Source: the human T2T-CHM13v2.0 reference genome, Homo sapiens. Taken from it: a stretch of 64,000 nucleotides of DNA. The DNA is taken from assembly GCF_009914755.1 (NCBI RefSeq), contig NC_060939.1; one strand, written 5' to 3'. Under the pieces are notes generated by a model, which did not search any database, was not told the origin of the DNA, and saw nothing but the letters and a program-made list of their open reading frames with translations. The position numbers and the translations under genes are program-made. Below, piece by piece: positions 1-14,161 of this stretch (its first letter is position 1; every line of letters begins with the position of its first letter).

Positions 1-1310
1 ATCAACACAACAGTATATAAAAATAATAGTATATCATGATCAAGTGAGGATGTATGCCAAGAATGCAAGGTCTGGTTAACATTCAAATATTAATCAATGC
101 AATTTGCCATAAACTAAAAAACAGAAGAGCAACTGATTATCTCAGTAAATTCTGGGGAAAAAAGAATATGGGAAATTAAGAGAAAAGAAAATGAGAAATT
201 CCTGATTTTAAAAAACACAACAACAACTCTCAGAAAACCAGAAATAGAAAGAAACTTCCTCAATATGATAATGGACATTTAAAAAACAAACAAACAAATA
301 CATAGGTAGCATCATACAAAATAGTGCAAGACTGAATATTTTATTGAAAACAAGACAAGAATGGTTGCTCTCCAACTTCCTACTCAATATTTAATTGGAG
401 GTAACATATAGTATAATAAGGCAAGAAAAATAAATAAAATGTCCCCAGACTGGAAAGAAACATGAAATTTTCTTTACTTACAGATAACATGATCGTCTAT
501 GTAGAAAATCTGGTAGAACCTTCAAAATCACTCTTAGAACCCATATTTGAGTTGAGCAAGGCTGCATAATACAAGATCAATGTACAAAAGCCAATCATGT
601 TTCAATAAAACACAAAAAATATGAAATTGAAATTTTTAAAAATATCTTTCACATTATTTAAAAATATAAAATATTTAGGGATAAATCTGACAAAAATGTA
701 CAGGCATATACACTAAAATTATGACATTGCTGACAGACATCAGAGACAACTTAAATACATTGTGATATATATAGCATTTATGAGTCAGAACCATTACCCC
801 AGTAGTGTTTTACTTTGGTGTGGGAGGAGTAGAAATTGAAAGTCTTATTCTGAATGTATGGGTATGCATAGATTTTAAAATAGCTAAAATAACTTTGAAA
901 AAGAACAAATTTGAAGGACTAGTACGACCAGATTTCAAGAGTTATAAAACTATATAAACAGAGTGTGGTATCAATATGAAGCTAGAGAAATCAGTTTATG
1001 AAACAGAAATAAAGCCACACGTATATGGACAACTAATTTAAAACAAAGTTGCCAAAGGCAATTCAATGAGGAAGGAATACTCTTTAATAAATGATGCTGG
1101 CACAATTAGATATCCATATATAAAAGCGAACTTCAATACATACCTCACAGAGATATGAAAATTAAATCAAAATGGATCATAGACCTAAATGTAAAATCTA
1201 AAACAATAAAATACAGAAGGAAACTTTTGTGACCTTGGGTTAGGAAATAATTTTTTAAATAGGACACCAAAAGAACAATCTACAAAATTAAAAAAAAAAA
1301 AAAAAACTAG

Positions 1311-1729
1311 TGTTGTAGACTGAGAGTTTTTGCCTCTCAAAATTCATATGTAGAATCCTTAACCCTCAGTGTGGCTGTATTTGGAGATGAGACTTATATG
1401 GAAGTAATTAAGTTTAAATGAGATTGTAAGGGTGCAACACTGATCCAATAGGATTGGTGTCTTTATTAGAAGAGACACCAGAGCACTCTCTCACTCCTTC
1501 TCCCTGCCTCCGCCCCCTGCCATACACAGACATTCACTGAGGAATGGCCCTGAGAGCACACAGGGATATTGTGGACATCTGCAACCCAAGAGGACAGCCT
1601 TCACCCTGCACCTACTCTACTACCACCTCGATCTTGGACTTCTGACCTCCAGAACTGTGAGAAAAATTCTGTTGGATAAGCCTCTCAGTCTGTGGTATTT
1701 TGTTACAGTAACCCAAGCCGACTAAGATA
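1311..1729 (+). mobile_element. MaLR solo LTR (MST/MLT1A-like) inserted in the L1M
   Basis: Starts TGTTGTAGACTGA..CAAAATTCATATG and ends GTATTTTGTTACAGTAACCCAAGCCGACTAAGATA; the L1 sequence resumes on both sides. Confidence 0.85.
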
Positions 1730-2023
1730 CTTGATAATTCAGTCTTCATCAAAATTAAAAACTGCTCTTCACAAGGCACTGCTAAGAAAATGAAAGATAA
1801 GTTACAGAATGAGAAAAAATATTTTCTAATTCTACATCTAATAAAAAACTGGTATCTAGAATATGTGAAGAATTCCTACAACTGAATTATATGACATAAA
1901 CAACCTAATAAGTAAATGGACAAAACATTTGAAAAGATACTGCACCAGAAAGAGATAGGTGGCAAATAAGTGCATGAAATACAATTCATCATTAGAGAAA
2001 TGCAAATGAAATACACAATATGA

Positions 2024-2355
<332 letters not shown>

Positions 2356-2513
2356 CAGAATATGTAAAATTTTAAAAAATGATGGACTCTATCAGATGTT
2401 CACTTGGCAAGGATGTGGAGGAACTAGAAATCTCAAAAAACTACTGCTAGGAATAAAAAATGGTACAACCACTCTGGAAAACAGTTCGGCAGTTTCTTGA
2501 AACATCAAACACA

Positions 2514-3135
<622 letters not shown>

Positions 3136-3900
3136 GAAAAAAAATGAACATAAATCTATATACATCTACCATATGATCCAGTGATTCCACTCCTAGATGT
3201 TGAGTCAAGAGAAATGAAAGAATGTGTCCATACAGAGACGTGTAAACAAATGATCCTAAGCAGCCTCATCTGTAATTTCCCAGAAGTGAAAGCAACTGGG
3301 GAATGGATTAATAAATAATAGTATATCTACACAAGGGAATACTATCAGCAATAAAAACGGATGATACACTGATAATACAAAATAACATGGATGAATCCAA
3401 AACTAATTATGCTGAGTGAAAGGAGCCAGACAACGAAGGTCTGCAAATGCATAATTTATATAAAACTCTAGGAAACTCAGACTAATCTATAGTGACAATG
3501 AGCAGAACAGTGGTTTCTCGGTGTGGGGAAGAAGGACAGGCAGGGGGCAAGAATATGGAACAGGAGGAGACTTTTCAGGATAATTGCTATGTTCACTCTC
3601 TGTGATGGTTTCACAGGGGTATACAGATGTCAAAACTTATCAAATTGTCTGTTTTAAACAGGTATACTTTATTATAAATTATACCTCAATAAAGCTGTTC
3701 TCAAAGAGAGGCACAGAGAGAGAAAGAGGATTGGATGAACTGCAAGTCAAGCTGTTTAGCTGAGCATATGCTGCAGAAGAGAAATAGCTGAAGGGGAATT
3801 GGGGCCAGGAAGTGAAAAGTCCTTGCAAGCTGTGAGGAGAAGTTTGCACTTATACTGCTAAAAACAAAAGAAGTCTTGTAGCATTTAAAAGTATGTGTGT

Positions 3901-4232
<332 letters not shown>

Positions 4233-5314
4233 TCATTTCTGTTAATGTTCATATACTTTTTAGCAAAACTACCAAGCCAAACCAAACAATAATAAATGAC
4301 CCTTTTGAAAATACTAATATTCTAAACACTCACCAGAGTTGGCCTGAGTCTTCCTCATTTCAGACCATCCTCAGATGCCCTGGTCTCACCATAGCACACT
4401 GATGAAGATGGACATGCTCAGTGGGTTCCTCCGATAATGAGAGGTATTTCTGGGGATATTCATGGAAGATGTTCTCTTCATAATCCATTTTCTACAGAGA
4501 CAGCTAAATCAGTTTGGTTTTTCCTGGCCTGTTTTCACTTACCAGTGGAAAGACCTTCAGCTTTTAGGAACTCAGGAGTGGTTTTAAAATCCTGAGCTCT
4601 GTCAATTTTGCGTAACAGTGGGCTGACCAAAATCTCTTTTTGGAAACAGCTTTCTCCTATGTGAAAGGGGCTAATAACACAGGCCTCGTAGTATTGTAGT
4701 GAGGATATTAAGCTTCCACATATGTGAAGCCCCCAGCGGAGAAACTCAGACATAGTTGAGGTTAATTCCCTCTAGTTGGCTTTTCATCTCTTCCCATCTT
4801 CCTCTTTCTTAGAAATATTTCCACCAGATGATGAGATCATAATATCATATTTTCTTCCTCAGTTACAAATTTAGTTTGGTGTAAATCCATGATCCATTCA
4901 TAGGAAGCATTGTTTAAATTTAACAAAAATGCATAAAACTGAGGATGTCATTATGAGAAAGACAGATTCAAACCTGGCCTGAGTAGAAGTTTTTGGCCTG
5001 GATTTTAATCAACACAACCATTGTTTTCAAGTCAAGGCCAAATTCTTGTGACACATAATACAAAATTTATGAACTTACTGAAACTGATTTATAAGCTGAT
5101 AAAGGATACTATAACCCTACAGAGCTGGTTGCAAAATAACCAGAGGGTAAAACTGAAGTTTTATTAAAATGACCTCAATCTTTTTATCTCATACCTGTGC
5201 CGGATAGTCAGTTTAGTAGGATCTGTAAGCACCAGGTGCTTCCACCCCATGTTTCTAATGCATGATGTACCAGGTTTAGAAGAAAAGCATGCAAGGAAGT
5301 GGGGCTTATATCAA

Positions 5315-5440
5315 AATGAATTCAAAGAACTTTTATTAAGTGTCTTCTCTGTGCCAGGCTCTAGGACACATAGACATGGAAAACACATTCCCTGTTAAGG
5401 GGCCTTCAGTATAATGAAGAAGACACAAATGTCAAGAAAG
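5315..5440 (-). mobile_element. L2 3' fragment
   Basis: TTTATTAAGTGTCTTCTCTGTGCCAGGC resembles the L2 3' end (TTTATTGAGCACCTACTATGTGCCAGGC). Confidence 0.55.
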
Positions 5441-5528
5441 AAAGGAGCTAAGGTACAGGTACTGAATGAGCATGAAAGTGTGGGCAGGGGAAGCAAGCTC
5501 ATGTTTACGCTTCAACAATAAGCAAATT

Positions 5529-5746
5529 TTCTGACCTCAAGATTCATTCATCCATTCATTCAGCAAATTCTGAATTTCTTCTGTACACCAGGCATAGTTC
5601 TGACCTTAAGTTTCATCCATTCATTCATTCAGCAAATATTGAATTTCTTCTGTATACCAGGCTTAGTTCCGACCTCAGGATTCATTCATTCATTCATTCA
5701 GCAAATATCAAATTTCTGCTGTACACCAGGCATAGTTCTAGGCACT
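5529..5746. repeat. Three tandem 69-bp units derived from an L2 3' tail
   Basis: Units start at 5529, 5598 and 5667 (TTCYGACC..(CATT)n..CAGCAAAT..CTGTAYACCAGGCWTAG). Confidence 0.95.
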
Positions 5747-6852
5747 AAACAGTAGGAGCCTATTTTTTTTTTCAATTGAATTGACTCATTACATGTTTAG
5801 TTTTTGTTCTCCTCAATTAAACCAAGTTTCTGCAGGACAGAGACTCTCTCTTCTTCCCCAGCAATAAAATACGTATTTTTGTTACTGTTCAATATTTACT
5901 GAAATTATATAAGATCAATTCTGATAAACTTTTTTTTGAAGAAAAAGAGAATAAAAAAGGAAGCTGTTCAGGTGGTGATGGAAAATATTTTTCAAACTTT
6001 GCTGCAGGTGGTCCTTTAGTCTTTCCACCATCCTCTGGGTGGACACGTTCGTCATTGCTAGTGCTGCAAGGAATATGACTTTTGTATATCTTCAATATGT
6101 AGGCTTCTACCCAAAGACTTTGGCCAAGTATATTAAGAGTCTACTATGGGAAATGGGGTGGGGTTTGGGTAGGATCTAGTGGTTTATTAGAAGTTGAACA
6201 CTAAATAGCAATATTCACACATCTTTTAAATTCCCAGTTCAGAAATATTTCTGAAACTGTAAGTCTGGTCACACCAGTATCTCTGAGCACATCTTGGCAT
6301 CTGCCACAATAAAAAAAAAATCATGGGGTGAGAAACAGATCTTTGTTAAAAATCTCGTTTAGGCTGTGTCCTCCACTAGTGATGTTGCGTATGTCACCCT
6401 GTTCTGCCACAACAATCCTCTGATGTGTGATTTTTTTCATGCTTTCAGATTAGAAAGTTTAAATTAAAAAAAAAGACCCAGAAAATTGCACAAGGCCTGC
6501 AGTAGAAAAATTAGGGTTTATGGCTCTGGTTTACTTCAGAGCCCACAAGCTTCCACTACCCCATACAAGGTTCAGAAAAATCTCCTCACCCAGTCTACTT
6601 TGTAAAGGAAATCTGGACAACTGGCCACCCAAACTCTGCTCAATCTCTTCCCTTATCTGGGTTGTTACAGGCCAAGGGGGCACTGTGCAGACCGTAACAG
6701 AGTAACTCTAATTCCGAGCTTCCAAAAGTCTAAGTGTTTATATTCTACCCTCAGGATAATTTATTATTATGTAATATTTAAGTTCGTTTAACATTTATTT
6801 TTACTTAAATAACTTTGTTCCAAAAACGCATTTTATATCATTACCAGAAGCA

Positions 6853-7085
6853 ATAATAGTGACTAAGAGCACATACTGGGTTCAAATCCCATGTCCATTA
6901 ATTACTAGCTATGTGATCTCAGGTAACTTACTTTGCCTCTCTATGCCTCAGTTTCCTCATCTGTAAAAGGAATAATAATAGCACCCAACTAAAAGGATTG
7001 CCATGAAGATTAGATCCAAACACAACAAACACATCAGTGCCCTGTATATGATGAACATTCAAGAACTGTTACCTATTGTTATCAT
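6853..7085 (+). mobile_element. MIR SINE
   Basis: CTGGGTTCAAATCCC and the core GCCTCAGTTTCCTCATCTGTAAAA. Confidence 0.9.
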
Positions 7086-7470
7086 TAGTACATTAGTGGA
7101 AAACCAAAATTGCCTTCTCTAAATGAAAGGTAATCATGTAAGTCAAGACTATAAAAATAAGCCATTATTATTAAATTCTGGCCAGACAGTGGTGATCTCA
7201 AAGGCTGCAGATCTCAGGCTTAGTCTAGTTTTGTTAAAAGGCATTATTAGTAAGTGTCTGAAGATATTCACATCTAGCACCAAATTGAGTCTTTCTCTGT
7301 GTTATAGTCAGACAATTGAAAGGGAAGTAGTTATCTGTACATGATTCCATAGTGTTTAATTTCTTGCCTAGGCACCAGCTGAAAACTAAAGGACTGCCAG
7401 CTTGATGTGAACCACATGTTTAGAAAGCTGTATTAGGAAGAACTTCAGTGCCCACAATCAAGTGGTCTTC

Positions 7471-7831
7471 TGTCTTAGTTCAGGCTACTACAACAAAAAT
7501 GCCATACACTGTGTATCTTCAACAACAAACATTTATTTCCCACAGTTCTGGAGGCTGGGAAGTCTGAGATCATGGTTCCAGCATGGATGGGTTCTGGTAA
7601 GAGCCCTCTTCCTGGTTTGTAGACCTTCTTGTATCCTCACATGGTGGAAAGCAGAGAGAAGAAGGAAGCTCTCTCTTGTCTCTTTTCTTATTAGGGCACT
7701 AATCTGATTCACGAGGACCCCACCTCATTACCTAATTACCTCCCCAACACATTATCTCCTAACATCATCATATTGGGCGTTGGAATTTCAGGATATGAAC
7801 TTTGGGAGACACACACATTTGGTCCATAACA
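7471..7831 (-). mobile_element. MLT1A-like MaLR solo LTR
   Basis: TGTCTTAGT..ATTTATTTCCCACAGTTCTGGAGGCTGGGAAGTCTGAGATCA..GTCCATAACA; TG..CA termini, about 360 bp. Confidence 0.9.
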
Positions 7832-8419
7832 GCTCCTTTGTCTCTTTGCTGGTCCAGCGTATGCTCCTGAGATAAAACTGTCATTGCCATGTGTCCATCC
7901 TGAGAGATCTTGACAACTGTTGGATATGTACTCTGTAGTGCATATCCTAAAAGGTAGGGATAACATCTTAGACACAGAGTTCTTCCACACTTGACCCAGA
8001 TTCATATAGGAGGTGGCCCTTATTATAGGTAGAACAAATGTTGATGCAAGGAGGGAAGAAGCCTTGCATGACAACAAGGATGTGTCCAAAGGGTCAGGGT
8101 CGGCGGGAAAGTGGGCCTGCTCTAAAGGGAATCAAACTGTTGAAATATACATGCAAATAGAATCTGGTGTCCATTTTAAGTTACAATAATGAGTGTCAGG
8201 ACACTAATGATTCCTGCCAGCGCACGCTTCATCCAGGAACTCATGGAAGGAAACACCAGCTAGAATTGGAAAGGCTGTAGTCTGAGTCTATCAGCAAGTC
8301 TGAAATCAACAACAGCTGACATTCCAAGGATCCACGGAGGATTGAGGAACTGGAGGAAAAGAAACCTTAGCAATGGCTATGAAGGGAAAAAAGCCATTAA
8401 CCTTCCTGTTTCCTCTTCT

Positions 8420-8810
8420 CATTCACACATTAAAGACAAAACAAACAAAAATAAGACAGTGAGCACCTACTATGTGGATCGCTCTCTATTAATCACTGCA
8501 CTAGACCGAAAGGCTTATGACTCTAAAGTCTAACGGTTTAGATTAGATTGTACAAATAACTGTACAAATAACTCTGGTCCAATATATGAAATAGTAAAGT
8601 TAATAAAACAATATAAATCAGCTATAAAGGAGATTTACATAATGGAGAAGACATTTCCAACCATTGCACCTGTATCTTTAAGAATAACACTCAGGCAATA
8701 AAAGCAGGAAGAAAGGACAGAATAGAGGGGGATGTGGAAACCAATGCATACAGGAAGCACAGGCATGTTCTAGGAATGGTTAGTAGTCCAATAAGGCTAG
8801 AATCTGGCAG
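8420..8810 (-). mobile_element. L2 fragments
   Basis: GAGCACCTACTATGTG followed by purine-rich L2-like sequence. Confidence 0.45.
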
Positions 8811-10162
8811 AAAGCTTAACAAAGTGAATGCAATGGGTTGGAGCCAGTTAATGGAGAGGCTCTGAATGACAAACTACAGAGTGTTGGGTGCCAAAGGCAA
8901 AATGTATCTTTCCCTAAACTTTGCTGAGCAGTGTGGTCTGTGGGACAACAGGGAGACTTCTGGGCTGCCTGTTGCAATGTGCCATGAACTCTACTGTCAC
9001 CACCAGCTCCAGACAGAAGCTTACATGCAGGGCATTCATTGCACCGATTCATTGCCTGCACCCTTGCCACACTCAGGTGTTTGGAGATTACAGGTGTTTC
9101 TGCTGGAGAATTGGAAGCCAAATGCAGCTCTGAGGGCTCAAATGGTTCGGTTTGGTGAATCAAGGCGCCCTTCCCCGCAGCCAAAGGTAGGGGCTTGCTG
9201 ATTGGAGTAGAGGTTGGGAGTGACTCGCTGAGAGCCTCTGAGATCTCTATTGACGGCATGGCTGAGTTTCCCTGCTCTGCAGTGAAACTTTGTACACGTT
9301 TCTCTCTTCTCTTATTTGCCCAGACCCACATGATAAACACTGGGATGAGATGCCCCCTTGCCAAGTGACGAGGCAGTGGCAGAAGCTGTGGCTCTCTCAT
9401 CAGCAAGGTAATGAGAATTCATTTCCATTTTATCACTTCTGGCACGTCTGCTTTTTCCCCTCTGCGTTATCTTATTATTACGGCTGAAATTGATTGTCAC
9501 CACAGAGTGGGCGTCTAAATCCTATCCCTTTATGCTCCCTCCAGCTCCGCTGAGCCCTTTCCTCTCAATTCAGTCTCTCTCTGCTCAACATCTTTCCCCT
9601 GACCCCTTCCTCCTGCCGTGGTACATTAACAGGAGAGAAAAACTCATTTGAAACAATTTATGATGTGACTCAGTAGTCTATGTGCTCCTAACCGCGAGGC
9701 AAGGCTGGGGCAGGAAAGCAGCCCCTGGTTTGTGTGCTCTATCATGAGGCAGAGCCTCCTCATCCTGCCAGTCTATTTAACTGTTCTCTGGAGTCCTTCC
9801 TGTCCCAGGAGATGAGGGAGTGGAGGGAGGGCCCTGAGAAGGTTCCCACACTGGGTCAACGAAGAAGGTGCCTGATCGGGCAAATCCCAGGTGGTTGGGG
9901 AAGGCAGGCAGAGAAGAGGAGGAAAAGTGGTAGACACTATGTGGGGCATTATCTTGTTGTGTTTCATTGTCTGCGAGCGTGTGCTGGACAAATTGGCTTC
10001 TGGAGGTGCTGTGTAGTGTAAGACTCGGGATTCCCACTGAACCTTGAAGCCTGGCTTCTCTGAGCTCTGTTACAATTTCTTGAGCCTTGCCTTCAGGTAT
10101 GCACTGTGAACTAGGAAGGGCCAGGTGGGGGTGGTTGGGGAAAGGAGCCTATCACATATCCT

Positions 10163-10470
10163 GGCCAGGTGCAGTGGTTCACACCTATAATCCTAGTACT
10201 TTAGGAGGCTGAGGCAGGTGTATTGCTTAAACCCAGGAGTTCCAGGCAGCCTGGGCAACATGACAAAACCCCACCTTTACAAAAAAATACAAAAAAATTA
10301 GCCAAGTATGGTGGTGCATGCCTGTAGTCCCAGCTACCCTTTAGGCTGAGGTCGGAGGATCACCTGAGCCTGGGGAGTTTGAGGCTGCAGTGAGCCATGA
10401 TAGCGCCACTGCACTCCAGCCTGGGCGATAGAGTGAGACTCTGCCTCAAAAACAAACAAACAAACCCAAA
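10163..10470 (+). mobile_element. AluJ SINE
   Basis: ATTGCTTAAACCCAGGAGTT and GAGGCTGCAGTGAGCCATGAT (J-type diagnostics); (CAAA)n tail. Confidence 0.92.
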
Positions 10471-12269
10471 GATTAACATCCTCCTTGGAGAGAGAGATGG
10501 AGTGAAGAGGCAACCCAAATGGAGTATGAAGTTAAAGGAGGGAGATTTAAATTTAGTGGGTACCACCATGGATCAGACATGATAGTAGGTACTTATTGCT
10601 TGGTGGGCCAGAGATTATTCCAACTCAGCTATCTCTGAGCACTGGACTTGTGGTCTTTCTATTTGACCAACACTGCTGGGACCCTTGCCAGATGCAGAAG
10701 CAGCCACCATCCCAATTAGCTTAATCTGAAGGGACATGTACTTGCATTTATTTATAATTTGTATTAATTTGACAGGAGCTGTAAGCTTTGTGTAATTCCT
10801 AGAATATAGTGAAATTTTTACTTGTAACCGACACACAGAAATGCTCCTAATTTTCAAACCCTGGATAAGAATGAATAGGTTAAAAGTCATTCTCTCTGGC
10901 CTGGTAAATTTGAAAAATAAACCTTCAAGGTTGGGGTTTTAAATCTTTACGTTTTGCCCCTTGTGAAAATGGACAGTGGGACTTTTACTTTTCGAAAGAA
11001 AGCTGGTCCCAATGGGAAGTGTTTGAGTTTAGGATGTGTTAGCAGGAAGGATTTTTCAGCAGGGCTTACCTCGTGCAATATAAACCTGTTAATCTTTTTG
11101 ATCCCTAGTATGGATTAGACCAGACTTCATATACCCTGGTGTGTCGGTTTGGATGTTGTGGGATGGTGTAACTGCATTTCACCATGCAAGAGAACAATGA
11201 GTTTGCACCTTCCAAAGCCCAAGCTGCCTACAGAGCTGCTAAAACTGTTTGGCTCACTGCTCCTTTCTCTTCCCCACCCTACATCTTTCAGGAGGCTGTA
11301 CTTGTCTTCGCCTATGAGATCCGCTTTGCATATGTACTGAGAAATGTGTGGGTCCTGGGCCAGAAATATGTGAAGAATCCAGCCTTTGGGCTTCAGAAAG
11401 TCCGCAGCTCATACTCTAGCCCTTTCTTGCCTCTATACCTCAAGCTCATTATTGGCTTCTCACTGCCCCTGCCCTGACCATTGTGTCTCCTTTGCATTCC
11501 TGATTCTCTTTGGGTATCCTACCAGGCCCTGAATCTGCCTAACTGCCTGGACGGACTTGCCTTCCTATTGCCCCACTTCCCACTTCCTCAGCCTAAGCTC
11601 ATCAGTCTTATGATATTAGCCCCTGACCAGCTTTATGGAACTTCCGGGCTTGCAGTAGAATGGAGACTTTGGCTGCGTTTAGCTCTGTTTTACGAACCTG
11701 CCAAAACAAATATTGGTTGAATGAACGAACGTATGATTGAACGAATGCCCCCTCCTCTGATGATTCCCCTTACCTGCGCCTGTATGTCCAATTCCAGATG
11801 TCGCTTCGGGGCCTGGGAAACTTGCCCATTCAGAGTGAGGTGGGCGCTGGATGACTGCTGAGTCTGCTCTCTCCATGTGGTGAGAACTTTGAAACTTTGC
11901 TCATCTGTGTTTCCTATATCATGGAAGCATGAGCTTCCAAATGCAGCCTTGGAGAAATGAGAAACTACTTTTTTTTTTTTTTTTTTTGGTTGGCAGCAAG
12001 ACCTTTCTTCTCCCTGAACCCCAGGAAAAGAAGGATTTAATGTTTCTTAACTTCATAAATCTGGCCTCATTCTACTTGAATCACTGAAACCTGATTCAGA
12101 TGTATTTTGTGAAACTACTAAAGGCTGCTACTCAGGCTCCCAAACCACATCAACAGAGACACTCAGGGGCCCCTTCGGCAGGCTGGAGCTCTTGGAGAAG
12201 GCAAGAGAAGACACGGTCTCCTGAAAGAGATCCTGGTGGGATTGGGTAGGAGAAAGATATTGGTGCCCT

Positions 12270-12470
12270 GAAGGGCTGGGATCCAATCCTGGATCTGCCT
12301 TCTTTTAGCGATGTGAGAGTCTGGGTAAATTACCAAATCTTTTGGATCATCCATTCTCTCAACCGAATGTTGTGATGCACATCCCTGCCTCTAACCTTGT
12401 TGAGTAAAGATTAAATGGCCTGGCAGATGGAAACATTTCTAGAATAATGCCTGACATTCAAGACGGGTTC
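12270..12470 (+). mobile_element. Degenerate MIR
   Basis: CTGGGATCCAATCCTGGATCTGCC..GGGTAAATTAC..AAGATTAAATG. Confidence 0.5.
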
Positions 12471-13349
12471 ATTCTCTCCTGATACCTCCCAGAGCTGTTA
12501 TATTTAGTTCTGCAGAGACTTCAACAGATGTAAACTCTCTGGTCCAATACTTCAAATTTTGAGCTTTCTTTTCCCCCAATTCCCTACAACCCATATGTCA
12601 GAATTATAGACTCCAGATTCTTTTATATTCCCTGCCCTCTTGGCACTGGCATCAGCATCTTCTGCCATTTCGATTGCCATATAACTCTTCAGTTAAAGAA
12701 GTGCATTTTAAAATTCCCAATGCATCTGATGAGTTCAAGTTTATTGCTCACCAAGTTTCAAAAAATTTGGCTTCAAGGAAGAGTTAATTTATACTTCAAG
12801 CTATGCTAGACCCTTATATCAAAAATAGCCTGATCCCAAATTTCATACATTGGAATATATAATGACACCATACATCAAATGTAAGATCCAGTTTCTACTG
12901 CCAAATTCCCTGACACACTGCAAATTTTCACAATTTCTTGGTTCTTAGCGAAGATTCCATCTACTGGAGGGCTCGGAATTGGACCAGGGTATATGGAGTC
13001 AGATCTCATGACATGGTTCTGGAGATGTCACATCCAATTGCCATTTTAAGAACAGACTAAGTGGGCTCTTACTGCCAAGGCAACTTGTTAGGATCACTCA
13101 CCTGACTCTTCCCTGCACTTTGATTGGAGTCATGACTCTTACTCTTAACCTTGCATACCACCCCATTTCCATCTCTCTGACTCTGCAGTCCATTGCACCT
13201 GTTAATGTGACCTCTCTTGGCACTGGTATCACATTTTCACAACTTGTTCTCCTAGAAATTTCACTTAACCCCATTTGCTCCTCACTTCACCTTAACTTGC
13301 ATGATCCTTGACTTTTTTCTACCCGTATCCCGTTTCTCAGATATGCTCG

Positions 13350-13535
13350 TCTCTAGGAAGCCTTCCCTACATCCTCAAAGCCAATTTGAGTGATTTCATG
13401 GCATTCTTTCCTGGTCTGGGCTTTGTAATTGAGGAGTTTATATTTGTTTTTATCTACTACCAGACTGGGAGATCTTACATTGTTTTCTCGGCACTGGGTG
13501 CATGGCTGGACACGGAAGTTGAATGAGTGAATAAA
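13350..13535 (+). mobile_element. L2 3' end fragment
   Basis: CTAGGAAGCCTTCCCT..CCAGACTG..GTTGAATGAGTGAAT tail. Confidence 0.5.
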
Positions 13536-13662
13536 CAGTGAAACTACCAGCTACTTTTATTGTAATTTGTTCTCAGTTCAATTGTCAGGATGATAGAATA
13601 TATGCTGCACTCAGAGCCCATCCTCTCAGTGAACTGACCACAACATGCTTTATTCCCTAAGT

Positions 13663-14161
13663 CAATGATTCTCAATTTAAAAAAAAAATTTAATTGGCAC
13701 ATAATAATTGCACATATTTATGGGATGCAGTATAATGTTCCAATACTTTCATACAATGTGTAATGGTCAAATCAGGGTAATTAGCATATCCATCACTTCA
13801 AACAGTTCTCATTTCTTCTTCATGTTGGGAACATTCAAAATCCTCTCTGCTAGCTATTTGAAAATATATAATAGATTGTTGTTAGTTCTAGTCAGCCTAC
13901 AGTGCTGTATGACACCAGAATGTATTCCTCCTGTCTAGCTATAATTTTGTACCCCTTAACCTCTGTGAAACCTGAACCCTCAGTCCTTAAATTTTAGCAA
14001 GTGTCAGAATCACCTGGTGGGCTTGTTAAAGAACAGATTGCTGGGCCCCAGCCCCAGAGTTTGATTCTGCAGTTCTAGGGTGGGGCCAGATAATTTGCTT
14101 TTCTAACAAGTTCTATGGGAATGCTGATGCTGCTGGTCCTGGGACCACCCTGAATAACCTG
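13663..14161. mobile_element. MER5A hAT-Charlie DNA transposon, split just after its left TIR by an L1MA fragment
   Basis: CAATGATTCTCAA at 13663; from about 13990 CAGAATCACCTGGTGGGCTTGTTAAA..GATTGCTGGGCCCC..GCTGATGCTGCTGGTCC. Confidence 0.85.
13676..13962 (-). mobile_element. L1MA 3'-end fragment
   Basis: CATAATAATTGCACATATTTATGGG..CAAATCAGGGTAATTAGCATATCCATCAC..GAACATTCAAAATCCTCTCT. Confidence 0.88.

Noticed and set aside
5529-5746. Regularly spaced repeats resembling a CRISPR array
   Set aside because: The units are fully tandem with no unique spacers, are L2-derived and eukaryotic, and there are no cas genes.
8816-9406. 196-aa minus-strand ORF, the longest non-L1 ORF
   Set aside because: No recognisable domain and overlapped by ORFs in several other frames; consistent with chance in a GC-richer patch.
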